This document shows, piece by piece, positions 35,896 through 45,782 of a stretch of 53,560 nt of DNA. The stretch spans positions 1-53,560 of the IMG/VR virus record IMGVR_UViG_3300033182_000038. The stretch is one strand, 5' to 3'. A program made the position numbers and the translations under genes. The notes below the pieces were generated by a model. It saw only the letters and a program-made list of their open reading frames with translations, was not told the origin of the DNA and searched no databases. This DNA is from a virus (taxonomy: Duplodnaviria > Caudoviricetes). Positions within the stretch are counted from its first letter, which is position 1. Each line of letters starts with the position of its first letter.

Positions 35896-37743
35896 ATGGC
35901 TGGATTATTCCAACGTGCGTTCGCAATGGATCCCGGTGCGTACCAACGCGGAGCCGAGAGCCAGCTACGCCTAGAAGCACTACAACGTGCCGAGACTGAA
36001 CGTCGACTTCAGCAGCAGTATGGCCCGGGAAACCTTGAACTGCCTGATCTTGGGCAGTTGAGTCAAAGCCGTCCGCAGATTAACGTACCCCCACCGCCTG
36101 AGCCTAAACCCGCTCCGGCTCCTGCTGCGCCTAAAGCGCAAGCAGATGTAAGTGTTGGTACTCCAGTACCTCAAGCTCCGGCTAAGGGTACGGTTGCTGC
36201 TGACCAAGCTGCGTTCATGGCTCCTAAGGAATCGACCAGCGACCTAGACTTCTACTTCACCAACAAGTATCCAAACTTGTTTGAAACTCCGGCTGACCCT
36301 AATGACCCTGAGTCATTCGCCACCGGCGGTATCGATACGGCTGCGTTGTACAACGCTCGTAAGATGGAAGCACAGGCTCGTCAGTTCGCTGCTGCTGGCG
36401 CGTATGACCGCGCAGATAAGCTGATGGAAGACGCCAAGAAGCTACGTCAGGGTAAAGGTTATTCACCTGCTGAGCGCATCGAGGCACTGGTTACGGCTGC
36501 TGAAGACACAGGTTTCTTCGGTCTTGGCGGTACAAACGTAGAAGCATCAGGACAGTACATTGCGCAAGCGCGTGAGATGTACAACGAACTGCTGGCTATT
36601 AACACTCCTGAGTCACTGGCTCAGGCTCGCGCCGTAGCTACTAAGTTCCGTCGCCAGTTGGGTGTTAACGAAGCGGACATTCCTGCTGCTCCGACTGCAC
36701 CGGCTACGCCTGCTGCAACGCAAGCGCCTGCACAGGGCCAACAGATGGTGGCTCCTAACCAGAACGCTACCGTTGAGAATTTACAAGTTGCTCCGGCTGC
36801 TGCACCTACACCTGCGGCTCCGGCTGCGCCTACGTCAGTCCAGTCTAGTAACACTGGAAACTGGGTGGCAGCTAATGTACCACCGGGGATTACCCAGACT
36901 GGCACTCCGGTTCCGCAAGCTGGCGTTAAGACTGCGGCCTCTCCGTCTGTAGTTGACCAGAATGTGACCAAGCCTGAAGGTGCAATCGTTCAGCCTAACA
37001 GCGCCTTCTACATGGCGCAGCCTAGTGCGATTGGGTTCGATCTTCGCCGTGGCATCCAGCAGCGTCAGGAACTTGCACAGTTGGCGCGTATTGCACGCAC
37101 CTCTGGCAACATGGATCGTTTCTATAAACTATACGCTCAGCTTCAGACTGCTGACCAGAATCTGTACTACCTGAACGGTATGCAAGGGTTGGCTGATCTT
37201 GATGTGAACTCCACCGGTCGTGCTGAAGGTATCCTTCGTCACTACTCAGGTACGCCTTACACCATTACTTCCCGCTCTGACGGTAAGTTTGAGTTGGGTA
37301 TTGAGGGTCAAGAAGGTAAGAAGGTAATGGAGTCTAAGGACTTGACCTCTTGGCTTCGAGGTTTCTTTGACACCCAGTTCCGTGCAGCGCAGACTGAACG
37401 TGCTGTTAAGCGTGGCGACCAGATGTTCGAGGCACAAATCGACATCTATAAGGAGCAAGCTAAGATCGCTGCGAACACCATCAAAGACCTCACGGTTGAA
37501 GAACTCAAAGGTGCGAATACTTACCGCACTGAACAGCTCAAGCAGATGGGTGTTCAAGACCTTAAGGTTACGCCGGAAGGCGCAGTGGTCTACCGCATTG
37601 GTGGCCGAGTGTTCCGCGCTGATGAGCGCGTCGTAGAAATGCCAGATGGTACTAAAGCACCACAGACAGTAGTGACTGAAATTCCTACTCCGCAGGCCGG
37701 AGGCGGGTATACTGCTCAACAGTATCAGTCAGCAGCCCAGTGA
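35896..37743 (+). CDS. DNA ejection/internal virion protein
   Basis: A/P/Q-rich; lies between the gp7-like and giant genes. Confidence 0.65.
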   Translation: MAGLFQRAFAMDPGAYQRGAESQLRLEALQRAETERRLQQQYGPGNLELPDLGQLSQSRPQINVPPPPEPKPAPAPAAPKAQADVSVGTPVPQAPAKGTVAADQAAFMAPKESTSDLDFYFTNKYPNLFETPADPNDPESFATGGIDTAALYNARKMEAQARQFAAAGAYDRADKLMEDAKKLRQGKGYSPAERIEALVTAAEDTGFFGLGGTNVEASGQYIAQAREMYNELLAINTPESLAQARAVATKFRRQLGVNEADIPAAPTAPATPAATQAPAQGQQMVAPNQNATVENLQVAPAAAPTPAAPAAPTSVQSSNTGNWVAANVPPGITQTGTPVPQAGVKTAASPSVVDQNVTKPEGAIVQPNSAFYMAQPSAIGFDLRRGIQQRQELAQLARIARTSGNMDRFYKLYAQLQTADQNLYYLNGMQGLADLDVNSTGRAEGILRHYSGTPYTITSRSDGKFELGIEGQEGKKVMESKDLTSWLRGFFDTQFRAAQTERAVKRGDQMFEAQIDIYKEQAKIAANTIKDLTVEELKGANTYRTEQLKQMGVQDLKVTPEGAVVYRIGGRVFRADERVVEMPDGTKAPQTVVTEIPTPQAGGGYTAQQYQSAAQ

Positions 37744-37751
37744 GGTAGATA

Positions 37752-40700
37752 ATGGCTAAAGCCGGTCTTTCGTTCGCTAACCCGATGCTGGGAGCGATGG
37801 ATGTAAACATACCTTCAACTCCGATGGAGATCATGGAGGCGAACAAAGACTTTGGTCTCCAGTCGCTTGGCCCCACTATGGCTGATGCAGCCGTATACGG
37901 TCGTGCTCTGACTGAGAACGCTAGGTTTACACTACCTGACATGGACTCTCCGCAGGCTCCCCAAGGGCCACAGGTTAAGTACAGTCCATCTACCAAAAAG
38001 ATGTTTGTCAATGGTGCGTTGTTCGATGTCGAGAACGCAACGGCAGCACTTGAGTCCGAGCAGTACCTAGGCACAGAGCCTAAAGCTGCGCCTACCGATG
38101 TAGCTAACGACTGGATGACCCTGAGTCCGCAGGACTACGGCGCGTACATTAAGACAATCAAAGACCCATCAATCGGTCGCTTGATGTCTAAGAACTGGGA
38201 CATCGGTGTTAGCAACCTGAAACTTCTTGGTGGTCGTGGCCTACAGTTCCTCGGCTTTGAAGAAACTGGACAGGGTATTGTCGACCGGGCCGCAAAAGAA
38301 CTTGAGTACAACGAACCGTACCAGCGTGAGTTCACCAATATCGATTCAGTAGAGGGTGGTGTCGACTGGTTTGTCGCTAACCTTATGCAGCAAGGCCCGA
38401 ACCTACTTGAGTCTATTGCAGTAGCACTGGCGGGTTTCTTTGCCGGTACTACTCAGACTGGTAGCCCACTGGTCGGTGGTGGTACTGCCCTCGCTGCCCT
38501 TGCAGGTAAAGCTGAGTTCAAACGCCAAGTACTTGCTGCGGCACGCAAGCGCATGGCGGGCGAAGCCCTTAACCAAGCTGAGAAACGTGTGCTCCAGTCG
38601 GCTGCGGCTATGTCTGCGGTGGCTGCTAACAGCTATGCGATGGGTGTATCTGATATTTATGGTGAGTTGCGTGACACTGGCTCAGATGCTGGTGATGTCA
38701 GCTCTCGTTTGACTGCCCTTCTCGGTGGTATTCCTTACGCTGCTCTTGAGTCCATCCCTGAATTCATGATCGGCAAGCGTTTGCTTGGCGGTAAGATGAT
38801 CGGCGGTGCGAAAGGAGGTGCGTTGCGCCGTGGCATGACCGGTCTCGGTGTCGCTGGTACTGCTGAAGGTCTGACTGAAGCAGGTCAAGAAGGCTTACTC
38901 ATGGGTGCTGGTGCTATTGAGAACCAGTACGACTACTCTGACGAAGCCCTGAACCGTTTGGTCAACTCGTTCGCCGCAGGCTTTGCAGTCGGTGGCCCAA
39001 TGGGTGGTGTTGCCAACCTGCGTAAGGGTAAAGAATCTAACCTGCTTGACTCCGGCAGTGGCCCGAAACTTAGCGACAGCCGTGAGGTTGGCCCATACAC
39101 TGGCCCACGAGAAGGTGAGTTACTTGGCCCTGAAATGCCACCTGCTGCTCCTACTCCGCCGCTGCTCAGCGCACCGGTTCCGGATGTGGCAGTTGGTGAA
39201 CAGCCTAACTATGTGGTTGGCCCAGACGGAACAACCCGTCCTGCTACTGCACTTGACACCCCTGTAACTATCAATGCTCCTACCGTTCCGGGTCAGGCAG
39301 CAGGACAGCAAGGCGTGCTTAACGTGTTTGGCGGTCAGCCAATGACAGCAGAAGAACTTGCCACGCGTTTGAACCCGCAGTTGGCCGTAAGCGAACAGCT
39401 AAGCGGTGAACCTGCGCAGCAAGAAGTGGTCGGCCCACAGCAACCATCCCCACAGATGGAACTGCCGCTCGACTTTCAAGGTGCAAACGTACAGTCACAA
39501 GTTGCACAGACTCAGGCTCAAGGTCAGCCGATTAACGCGATGCAGGCGGCAATGCTTGCCGCTACGGAGAAGCGTGCTCAAGCTGCTGAGAAAGCAGCAC
39601 AGGAAGCAGAGGCCGCACGAGCGCGTGCCGAGCAGGAGCGTCAGGCTGAGCGTGAGAAATCCCAGCTACTTGAGCGTCAGTACCGCGAGATGGAACTGTC
39701 GATGGCGGAACAAGACCGCCGTGAAGCAGCCGCTCGCCCACTGGTACAGCAACAAGAATTACCTACCGTTCCGGCACAGCCTACTCCGCCTAAGCAACTC
39801 GATCTTTTCCGTGGTCAAGTCAAACTGCCACGCATGTCTAAGGCTCAGCAGGCAGCACAGCGTAAAGCACTGCGCCAGCAAGAGCGTGATGCACAGGCAG
39901 CACAAACTGCGGCTGAGCAGGCAGCATTACCACTGAGCGCACGAGTTACCCCTGCTGAGGCGTACCGTGAAGCTGGTCAGCTACCTCTCTTTACACAGCG
40001 TGGTGAGCCTTCGGTTGCCGCTCTAAGAAGTGCGGCTCCGACTACCCCTGTTGCAGCACCTGTAGTTGAAGAAGGTGCGACGCAAGCGCCTCCAACCGGC
40101 AGACAGGTTAATGCTCTGACTGCTGCGGTGGCTCGTGCTGAAGCGGCAGCTAAGGCTGCTGAGGAGGCAACCAAGAAAGCAGAGGAGGCAGCAAATGCCG
40201 TTCAAGAGCGAAGCACAGCGCAAGTGGATGTACGCGAACAACCCCAAGCTGGCACGGAAGTTCGAGGCAGAGACACCACAGAACAGCCAGTTACCACAGC
40301 GAAAGGCCAAACCCTCAGGAGAGGCAAAGCGCCGCAGGGAGCGGGAACTGTACGCCAAGAGGAAGCGGCAGCGACCGTTCGGGAAGCTGGTGACAGACAA
40401 GATAACGTACGGACAGATCAGGAAAAAGTCGATCAGCAAGTAGACACAGGCTTCGCTACACCAGTTGAAGCATGGGAAGAGATGGTCGATGTACTGCCTA
40501 ACGGCAGACCTGTTGTCGAGTTCGACAACCTACCTGATGCAGCTAAAGCTGAGTGGGAAGCGATTTACAAACGTGGCGAAGTTAACGGCTACGCTGCTGA
40601 AAACCTCATGTCTAAGTACGAAGACGACATGAACGCAGTCGACCGTTTGCACCAAGCAATCGCTACGGCTGAAAGCACCAGTGACATGAACGAGTTTGAG

Positions 40701-43700
40701 AACGCGATTCTCACCGTCATCGAACTGGCGTTTATCAACACCGACTCTAACAACGCCAAGACCCTGTCTACCTTCGGGTACTCAGTACGCGAGCGTGCTG
40801 AAGCCTTTATGAACAACACCACGTTTACAGGTGCGCAGTGGGAAATCATTGACGACGCTTTTGTAGGCGAGGTCAATGCGTTCGGCAAGATTGAGGGTGC
40901 GTACAAGTCTGGTGCTAACAAGGGTCAGGCCAAAGCGTGGATGAACTTCGCTGCACAGCGCGGGTTACTAGATTCCATCAAGGCCACCATTACCAATCCG
41001 CCTAAGTGGTACACCGATACTCTGGCTGCAACCAAAGGTGAACGTATTGGTACGACTGAGCAGGAAGCTGCTAAGGAAACCTTAACCTCAGCAGAGCAGA
41101 AGAACGCAGCTAAGCTGGCTGCGGAGTCTATTGCTGACCGCATCAAACGCATTGCCACTGGTGTGGATGTTATCCGCAACAAGGCAAACAGTAAGTTCGT
41201 CAAAGCTATCGAGGCTCTGTACGAAACCGCTGACAAGAACTACATGACTGACCGAGGTAAGATCGGTGAGTACTTCGACAAGGACGGTAAGCTGCGTCTA
41301 CGCAAGCGCGTGGACACTGGCACATTTACCCCTGTCAATAAAGAACTGACTGCTGAGCAGCTTAAGCAGCTTGAAGCCGATGAGCGTGCTGCAATGCAGG
41401 CTCGCAAGGACGCTGAGAAAGCTGAAGCTGAGGCAGAAGCTGAGGCAGTTAAACGCCTCAAGCGTGGTCAGAAAGAAACCGTTGTCCAAGAGGACACGTT
41501 CGACGACACCGTTTACGACGACGAGTACCAAGACATTATCGACTCGTTTGATAACTCGACTGACTCTAACGAGGGTATGTTCTACCGTGATGATGGATCA
41601 GTCATCAACACCACTGTTGGTATTGGTAAAGTCAAGCTGTTGGCTAAACAGTTCCTCGCTAAGCTGAAAGTCAAACCTAATCTAACTGTCGTCCGCAACA
41701 TGGCTGAACTGGCTGCTAAGTACCCAGAACTTTACGCTCGTGCGGCTAAGTCTGTTAAGAACTTTGAAGCAATGGCGGGTCGTGCTGTCGGCTTCTCTGT
41801 AGGCGATCAGGTGATTGTGTTCGCTGACCGTGTACGCACCGAAGATCAGCTTAAGTTTGTACTGGCTCACGAAGCACTAGGCCACTTCGGTCTGAAGTCT
41901 ATCCTGTCTCCGGCGCAGTTGAAGGCTGTCCTCAACGACATCTACAACAGCGATCCGTTTGTCCGTGCGCGTGTTGACCGCATGATGGCTACGGAAGGCA
42001 TGAGTCAGATGGAGGCTACCGAAGAAGTGCTAGCTGACATGGCTGGTGCTATCGACGCATCTACCATCGTGAAGATTTGGAACTTCATTAAGTCTGCTTT
42101 GAACAAGCTCGGCATGAAGTTCGGTGATGAGATGGCCCGCTACTGGGTAGGTCAAGCTCGTAGAAACATACGCACAGGTCATGGCGTTGTCAGTGCGCAG
42201 GTACTTGCGCGTAACCTTGACCGCCTAGCTAAGGAAACTAAATTCGGTCGCTTCTCACTGGAGCAAGACTCGGCTCGCCTAGCTAGTTCAGCGTTCGCCG
42301 CTAACGCGTTCAACAACAACTCGTTCGGTGTTCGTGGGTTCAAAGCCTTCTTCGAGCGCATTGCTGACGCTGACTTCACCTCTATTAGAGGCGGCATCAA
42401 TGACGTGGTATCTGCACTTTCTGAAACTGTCCAGACTCTGGATAACATGGCGACCCGAAGCGAGGGTCTTCAGAAGGTGTTTGAAATCTTCCAGAAGCAA
42501 GCGGCTCGTACTAAACGCTTCCTAACTAAGTACGAAGGTTTGACCACGTTCTCGCACACACCTAGCTGGACTGGTGGCCCAACTCAGGAAGAACTCCAGC
42601 AAGCTGGTGAACTCCTAGCCTACGCAGCACTGCTCAAGCGTGGTCAGTTGACCGACAAGATGATGAAGGACATGGGCGACCTGTTCACAATCGATCAGTA
42701 CGGCAACCCGCAACCTAACCCTGCCGTTGTGCAGCGCGTTATGGACGCAGGTAAAGTAAACCGTCAGGAGTTTGAAAAGGGCTTTACTGTTACTAACTCA
42801 TTGGGTGAGGAGATTCAGTACAAACCTGAGTTCGAGATCACTGACCGTATCTGGAAGGTGTTTGAGGAGCAGCGTAACGCTGTGAACCAATCGGCTCTTG
42901 ACGTACTGGAGGCTAACTTCTATGCCGCACACGAGCGTAAGCAGGCTGCGGTCGAAGGCTTCAAGGACTTTACCGGCACTGGTGGTGCGTTCACCGATGT
43001 AGATATTCAGGTACTCCAGCGAATCCTCAAAGAGTACGGCGACCTGTACACTGAAAACTCTGTCGACCAAGGCGGAAGCATCAAGATGAATCCGGAGTCT
43101 ATGAAAAAGGCTAACCGATTCCTTGCGGCTATCAACCGTGCTTTGTGGAACAAAGAGAAAGTCAAAGACTGGCAAGGCGGCACTGATACTGCGGCTGAGT
43201 TCCAAGACGAAAAGTACAAGGACATCATCAGCGCATTAGAGCGTTTGAATGGTATAGGTCTATCTGAAAATAAAGCGTATGAGGTTACTAACACCATCGC
43301 TAACATGTTCATGATGGACTCGCAGATTCAATCTGCACAGTTCTACGCCAAGCGTACCATCATGGGTGCATACGTTCCGTTCGTACGCCGTGGTAAGTAC
43401 CAAGTGGTGATGAAGGCATACGACAAAGACGGTAAGGCAGTCCGCTTGAACGGCGCATACCAGAGTTCAATGCCTTACTTCCAAGATGATTCTCGCTCCG
43501 GTGCGGACAGTCTAGTTTCAGAACTAGATGAGGCGTTCGGTGGAGACCGTGAGTTCGTGGTACTCAACTCTGACAATGAGGAGGTAACTGTAACCTTCCG
43601 TGCAGAGCGTTCGCGTACATTAGAAACCGCTCAAGTATCTAACAGCGTCGACTTCAACGAGTTCATCAACACAGTCAACCGCCTGAAGATCAGCATTACC

Positions 43701-45782
43701 CCGCAGGAACGCCACACAATCGTGGAAAACCTGACCAACATTAACTCTCGTGCTCGTAAGAACCTTGAGCGTAGTGGCTCTCCGGGCTGGGATAAGGATG
43801 TAATCCGTGCTACTTCTGAGTTCCTTGAGACTCAAGGTCACGTTGCAGGTAAAGCGTTCTACCGCCACAAGCTGAACGACATCATGGTCGACAAGAACTT
43901 GTGGCGCGGTAATCCAGAGAAACTACGCCGCTTGAAGAAGGCATACGAAGACGCTAAGAAGGGCGGCAACGAAGCACAGATCAAACAGGCTAAGACCGAG
44001 TACGACCGTTACGCATATATGTATATGCACATGGCGGACGCAGGTCAGGGTAAGACTGTTGAAATCAACGGTAAGAAAGAACCTACGTTGGGACGCGGCA
44101 ATGTGTACCTCGATCAGGCTAACCGTTTGCTCGATTGGTACTCTGACTCAGGCAACATCGTCGACAGTACTGAAGACTTGCTCTCCAGTGGTATCGGCTC
44201 GAAGCTGAAGATGTGGGCAGTGGTCATGCAGTTGGGTGGTTCAGTAGCCACGGCTGCTATCAACCTTGTGTCGTTGGTAACACACACCATCCCATACCTC
44301 TCGACCTATAACCCTAAGCGTGGTTTCGGTGGCGGCTTCGGTGCTTCTAAGACTGCGGCTAACGTATATCGTGCGGCGGCTAACCTTAAGAATCCTAAGC
44401 TGTCAGATGTTAAGCACCTCGATGAAGTCGTTGCTAGTAAAGAACTCCAACAGAAGTATGGTCTATCGCAAGCGGAAGCGCAGTTCCTGCGTGACGCCAC
44501 GGCTGAGGGTGTACTTCAGGCGGCACAGTTCAACGCCCTAGTAGGTACGGCACGCGGCGGCGTCCGTAATAACAACACCGCAGGATTTATCCAAGCGTGG
44601 ATGAGCATGTTCTCATACACCGAGCAAATGAACCGTCGCGTAACGGCACTGGCTGCGTACCGTATGGAGCGTGAGCGTTCACTGGCGGCAGGATTGTCCG
44701 AGCAGGCGGCACTGGAGCGTGCTGCTGAAGAAGCATACAAGGCTGTGAACAAATCGCAGGGTGAGTACGCTATGTACAACCGCCCAGAGATGGCTCGCGG
44801 TAACGTACTCCAATACATCTTTATGTATAAGCAGTTCGTAATCATCAGCGTCCAGTTGATGAAGGGTCTGAGTCCGAAGGGCCGCGTGATGTTCCTCGGT
44901 ATGCTTTTCCTGATGTCAGGTATGAAGGGTATCCCGTTCGCTGACGACATCATGGACTTGATCGATACGCTTGCTCAGATGTTCGGCATCAAGATGGGTA
45001 GCTTCGAGAAAGAAATTGCAGGGTTCGTTGACGAGATCGCACCGGGCATGTCACCGGTTGTCATGCGTGGTCTGATGGATAGATACACTGGTATGACAGT
45101 GTCCACGCGCCTCGGTTTCGGTGACTTGATTCCTCTGTCTGGTGCGTTCAGAGCGGGTGCTGACCCTGCTCGTGAGTTGGAAAACTTTGCAGGCCCAGTA
45201 TGGTCAGGCATGGCAGGACTGGTAGGTTTGGGTACTCAGCTTGGTCGTTATGGCGCAGAAGCTATCGGCTTGCGTGAGGATGTCACATCGCTCAGTTCAA
45301 TCATGCGTAACCAACCTATCGCGGCAGTCCGTAATATGGCAGATGGCCTGACCTACTTGAACGACGGTTCGATCACCAATGCTCAGGGTAAGTTAGTATC
45401 ACCTGAGGTTTCAAACGTAGTGGCACTTGGTCGTATGTTCGGCTTCTACCCTGCGGTAGCTACGAGAGATAACGACGTAGTTCGTATGAGTAAGTTTGCA
45501 GGAGATCACGCCAACGCAATTCGTAAGGAGTTCACTGATGCCTACGTTAAGGCGGCGGTATCGAACGACAGCGAAGAAATGATGCGGGTTAAGATGCTCG
45601 TGAAAGAGTGGAACATGGACAACCGTGGTACTCCATACGAGTACAGAACTTGGTTCCAGACTGCTCCGAGAGCGGCGCGTGAAGCTAAGAAGCCAACCCT
45701 TCTCCGCTATAAGAAGTCGGCCCCTACCAGTATGCGTAAGGAGATCGACGACTTAATGCGGATATACGGTGTGGAATACTGA
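37752..45782 (+). CDS. Giant ejection/polyvalent protein (2676 aa)
   Basis: N-terminal G/A membrane helices (EGLTEAGQE), zincin-like LAHEALGHFGL, PLxRFG-like YVPFVRRGKY, C-terminal YAMYNRP..QYIFMYKQF. Confidence 0.8.
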   Translation: MAKAGLSFANPMLGAMDVNIPSTPMEIMEANKDFGLQSLGPTMADAAVYGRALTENARFTLPDMDSPQAPQGPQVKYSPSTKKMFVNGALFDVENATAALESEQYLGTEPKAAPTDVANDWMTLSPQDYGAYIKTIKDPSIGRLMSKNWDIGVSNLKLLGGRGLQFLGFEETGQGIVDRAAKELEYNEPYQREFTNIDSVEGGVDWFVANLMQQGPNLLESIAVALAGFFAGTTQTGSPLVGGGTALAALAGKAEFKRQVLAAARKRMAGEALNQAEKRVLQSAAAMSAVAANSYAMGVSDIYGELRDTGSDAGDVSSRLTALLGGIPYAALESIPEFMIGKRLLGGKMIGGAKGGALRRGMTGLGVAGTAEGLTEAGQEGLLMGAGAIENQYDYSDEALNRLVNSFAAGFAVGGPMGGVANLRKGKESNLLDSGSGPKLSDSREVGPYTGPREGELLGPEMPPAAPTPPLLSAPVPDVAVGEQPNYVVGPDGTTRPATALDTPVTINAPTVPGQAAGQQGVLNVFGGQPMTAEELATRLNPQLAVSEQLSGEPAQQEVVGPQQPSPQMELPLDFQGANVQSQVAQTQAQGQPINAMQAAMLAATEKRAQAAEKAAQEAEAARARAEQERQAEREKSQLLERQYREMELSMAEQDRREAAARPLVQQQELPTVPAQPTPPKQLDLFRGQVKLPRMSKAQQAAQRKALRQQERDAQAAQTAAEQAALPLSARVTPAEAYREAGQLPLFTQRGEPSVAALRSAAPTTPVAAPVVEEGATQAPPTGRQVNALTAAVARAEAAAKAAEEATKKAEEAANAVQERSTAQVDVREQPQAGTEVRGRDTTEQPVTTAKGQTLRRGKAPQGAGTVRQEEAAATVREAGDRQDNVRTDQEKVDQQVDTGFATPVEAWEEMVDVLPNGRPVVEFDNLPDAAKAEWEAIYKRGEVNGYAAENLMSKYEDDMNAVDRLHQAIATAESTSDMNEFENAILTVIELAFINTDSNNAKTLSTFGYSVRERAEAFMNNTTFTGAQWEIIDDAFVGEVNAFGKIEGAYKSGANKGQAKAWMNFAAQRGLLDSIKATITNPPKWYTDTLAATKGERIGTTEQEAAKETLTSAEQKNAAKLAAESIADRIKRIATGVDVIRNKANSKFVKAIEALYETADKNYMTDRGKIGEYFDKDGKLRLRKRVDTGTFTPVNKELTAEQLKQLEADERAAMQARKDAEKAEAEAEAEAVKRLKRGQKETVVQEDTFDDTVYDDEYQDIIDSFDNSTDSNEGMFYRDDGSVINTTVGIGKVKLLAKQFLAKLKVKPNLTVVRNMAELAAKYPELYARAAKSVKNFEAMAGRAVGFSVGDQVIVFADRVRTEDQLKFVLAHEALGHFGLKSILSPAQLKAVLNDIYNSDPFVRARVDRMMATEGMSQMEATEEVLADMAGAIDASTIVKIWNFIKSALNKLGMKFGDEMARYWVGQARRNIRTGHGVVSAQVLARNLDRLAKETKFGRFSLEQDSARLASSAFAANAFNNNSFGVRGFKAFFERIADADFTSIRGGINDVVSALSETVQTLDNMATRSEGLQKVFEIFQKQAARTKRFLTKYEGLTTFSHTPSWTGGPTQEELQQAGELLAYAALLKRGQLTDKMMKDMGDLFTIDQYGNPQPNPAVVQRVMDAGKVNRQEFEKGFTVTNSLGEEIQYKPEFEITDRIWKVFEEQRNAVNQSALDVLEANFYAAHERKQAAVEGFKDFTGTGGAFTDVDIQVLQRILKEYGDLYTENSVDQGGSIKMNPESMKKANRFLAAINRALWNKEKVKDWQGGTDTAAEFQDEKYKDIISALERLNGIGLSENKAYEVTNTIANMFMMDSQIQSAQFYAKRTIMGAYVPFVRRGKYQVVMKAYDKDGKAVRLNGAYQSSMPYFQDDSRSGADSLVSELDEAFGGDREFVVLNSDNEEVTVTFRAERSRTLETAQVSNSVDFNEFINTVNRLKISITPQERHTIVENLTNINSRARKNLERSGSPGWDKDVIRATSEFLETQGHVAGKAFYRHKLNDIMVDKNLWRGNPEKLRRLKKAYEDAKKGGNEAQIKQAKTEYDRYAYMYMHMADAGQGKTVEINGKKEPTLGRGNVYLDQANRLLDWYSDSGNIVDSTEDLLSSGIGSKLKMWAVVMQLGGSVATAAINLVSLVTHTIPYLSTYNPKRGFGGGFGASKTAANVYRAAANLKNPKLSDVKHLDEVVASKELQQKYGLSQAEAQFLRDATAEGVLQAAQFNALVGTARGGVRNNNTAGFIQAWMSMFSYTEQMNRRVTALAAYRMERERSLAAGLSEQAALERAAEEAYKAVNKSQGEYAMYNRPEMARGNVLQYIFMYKQFVIISVQLMKGLSPKGRVMFLGMLFLMSGMKGIPFADDIMDLIDTLAQMFGIKMGSFEKEIAGFVDEIAPGMSPVVMRGLMDRYTGMTVSTRLGFGDLIPLSGAFRAGADPARELENFAGPVWSGMAGLVGLGTQLGRYGAEAIGLREDVTSLSSIMRNQPIAAVRNMADGLTYLNDGSITNAQGKLVSPEVSNVVALGRMFGFYPAVATRDNDVVRMSKFAGDHANAIRKEFTDAYVKAAVSNDSEEMMRVKMLVKEWNMDNRGTPYEYRTWFQTAPRAAREAKKPTLLRYKKSAPTSMRKEIDDLMRIYGVEY
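40195..40443 (+). CDS. Overprinted +1-frame basic protein (82 aa, MPFKSEAQRKWMYAN...)
   Basis: GAGGAGG 6 nt before the ATG; the N-terminus resembles a recurrent stand-alone small phage protein (from memory). Confidence 0.7.
   Translation: MPFKSEAQRKWMYANNPKLARKFEAETPQNSQLPQRKAKPSGEAKRRRERELYAKRKRQRPFGKLVTDKITYGQIRKKSISK

Noticed and set aside
39406-39936. 176-aa +1-frame ORF inside the giant gene
   Set aside because: No clear RBS or recognisable motif; explained by Gln/Ala codon bias, unlike the ORF at 40195.
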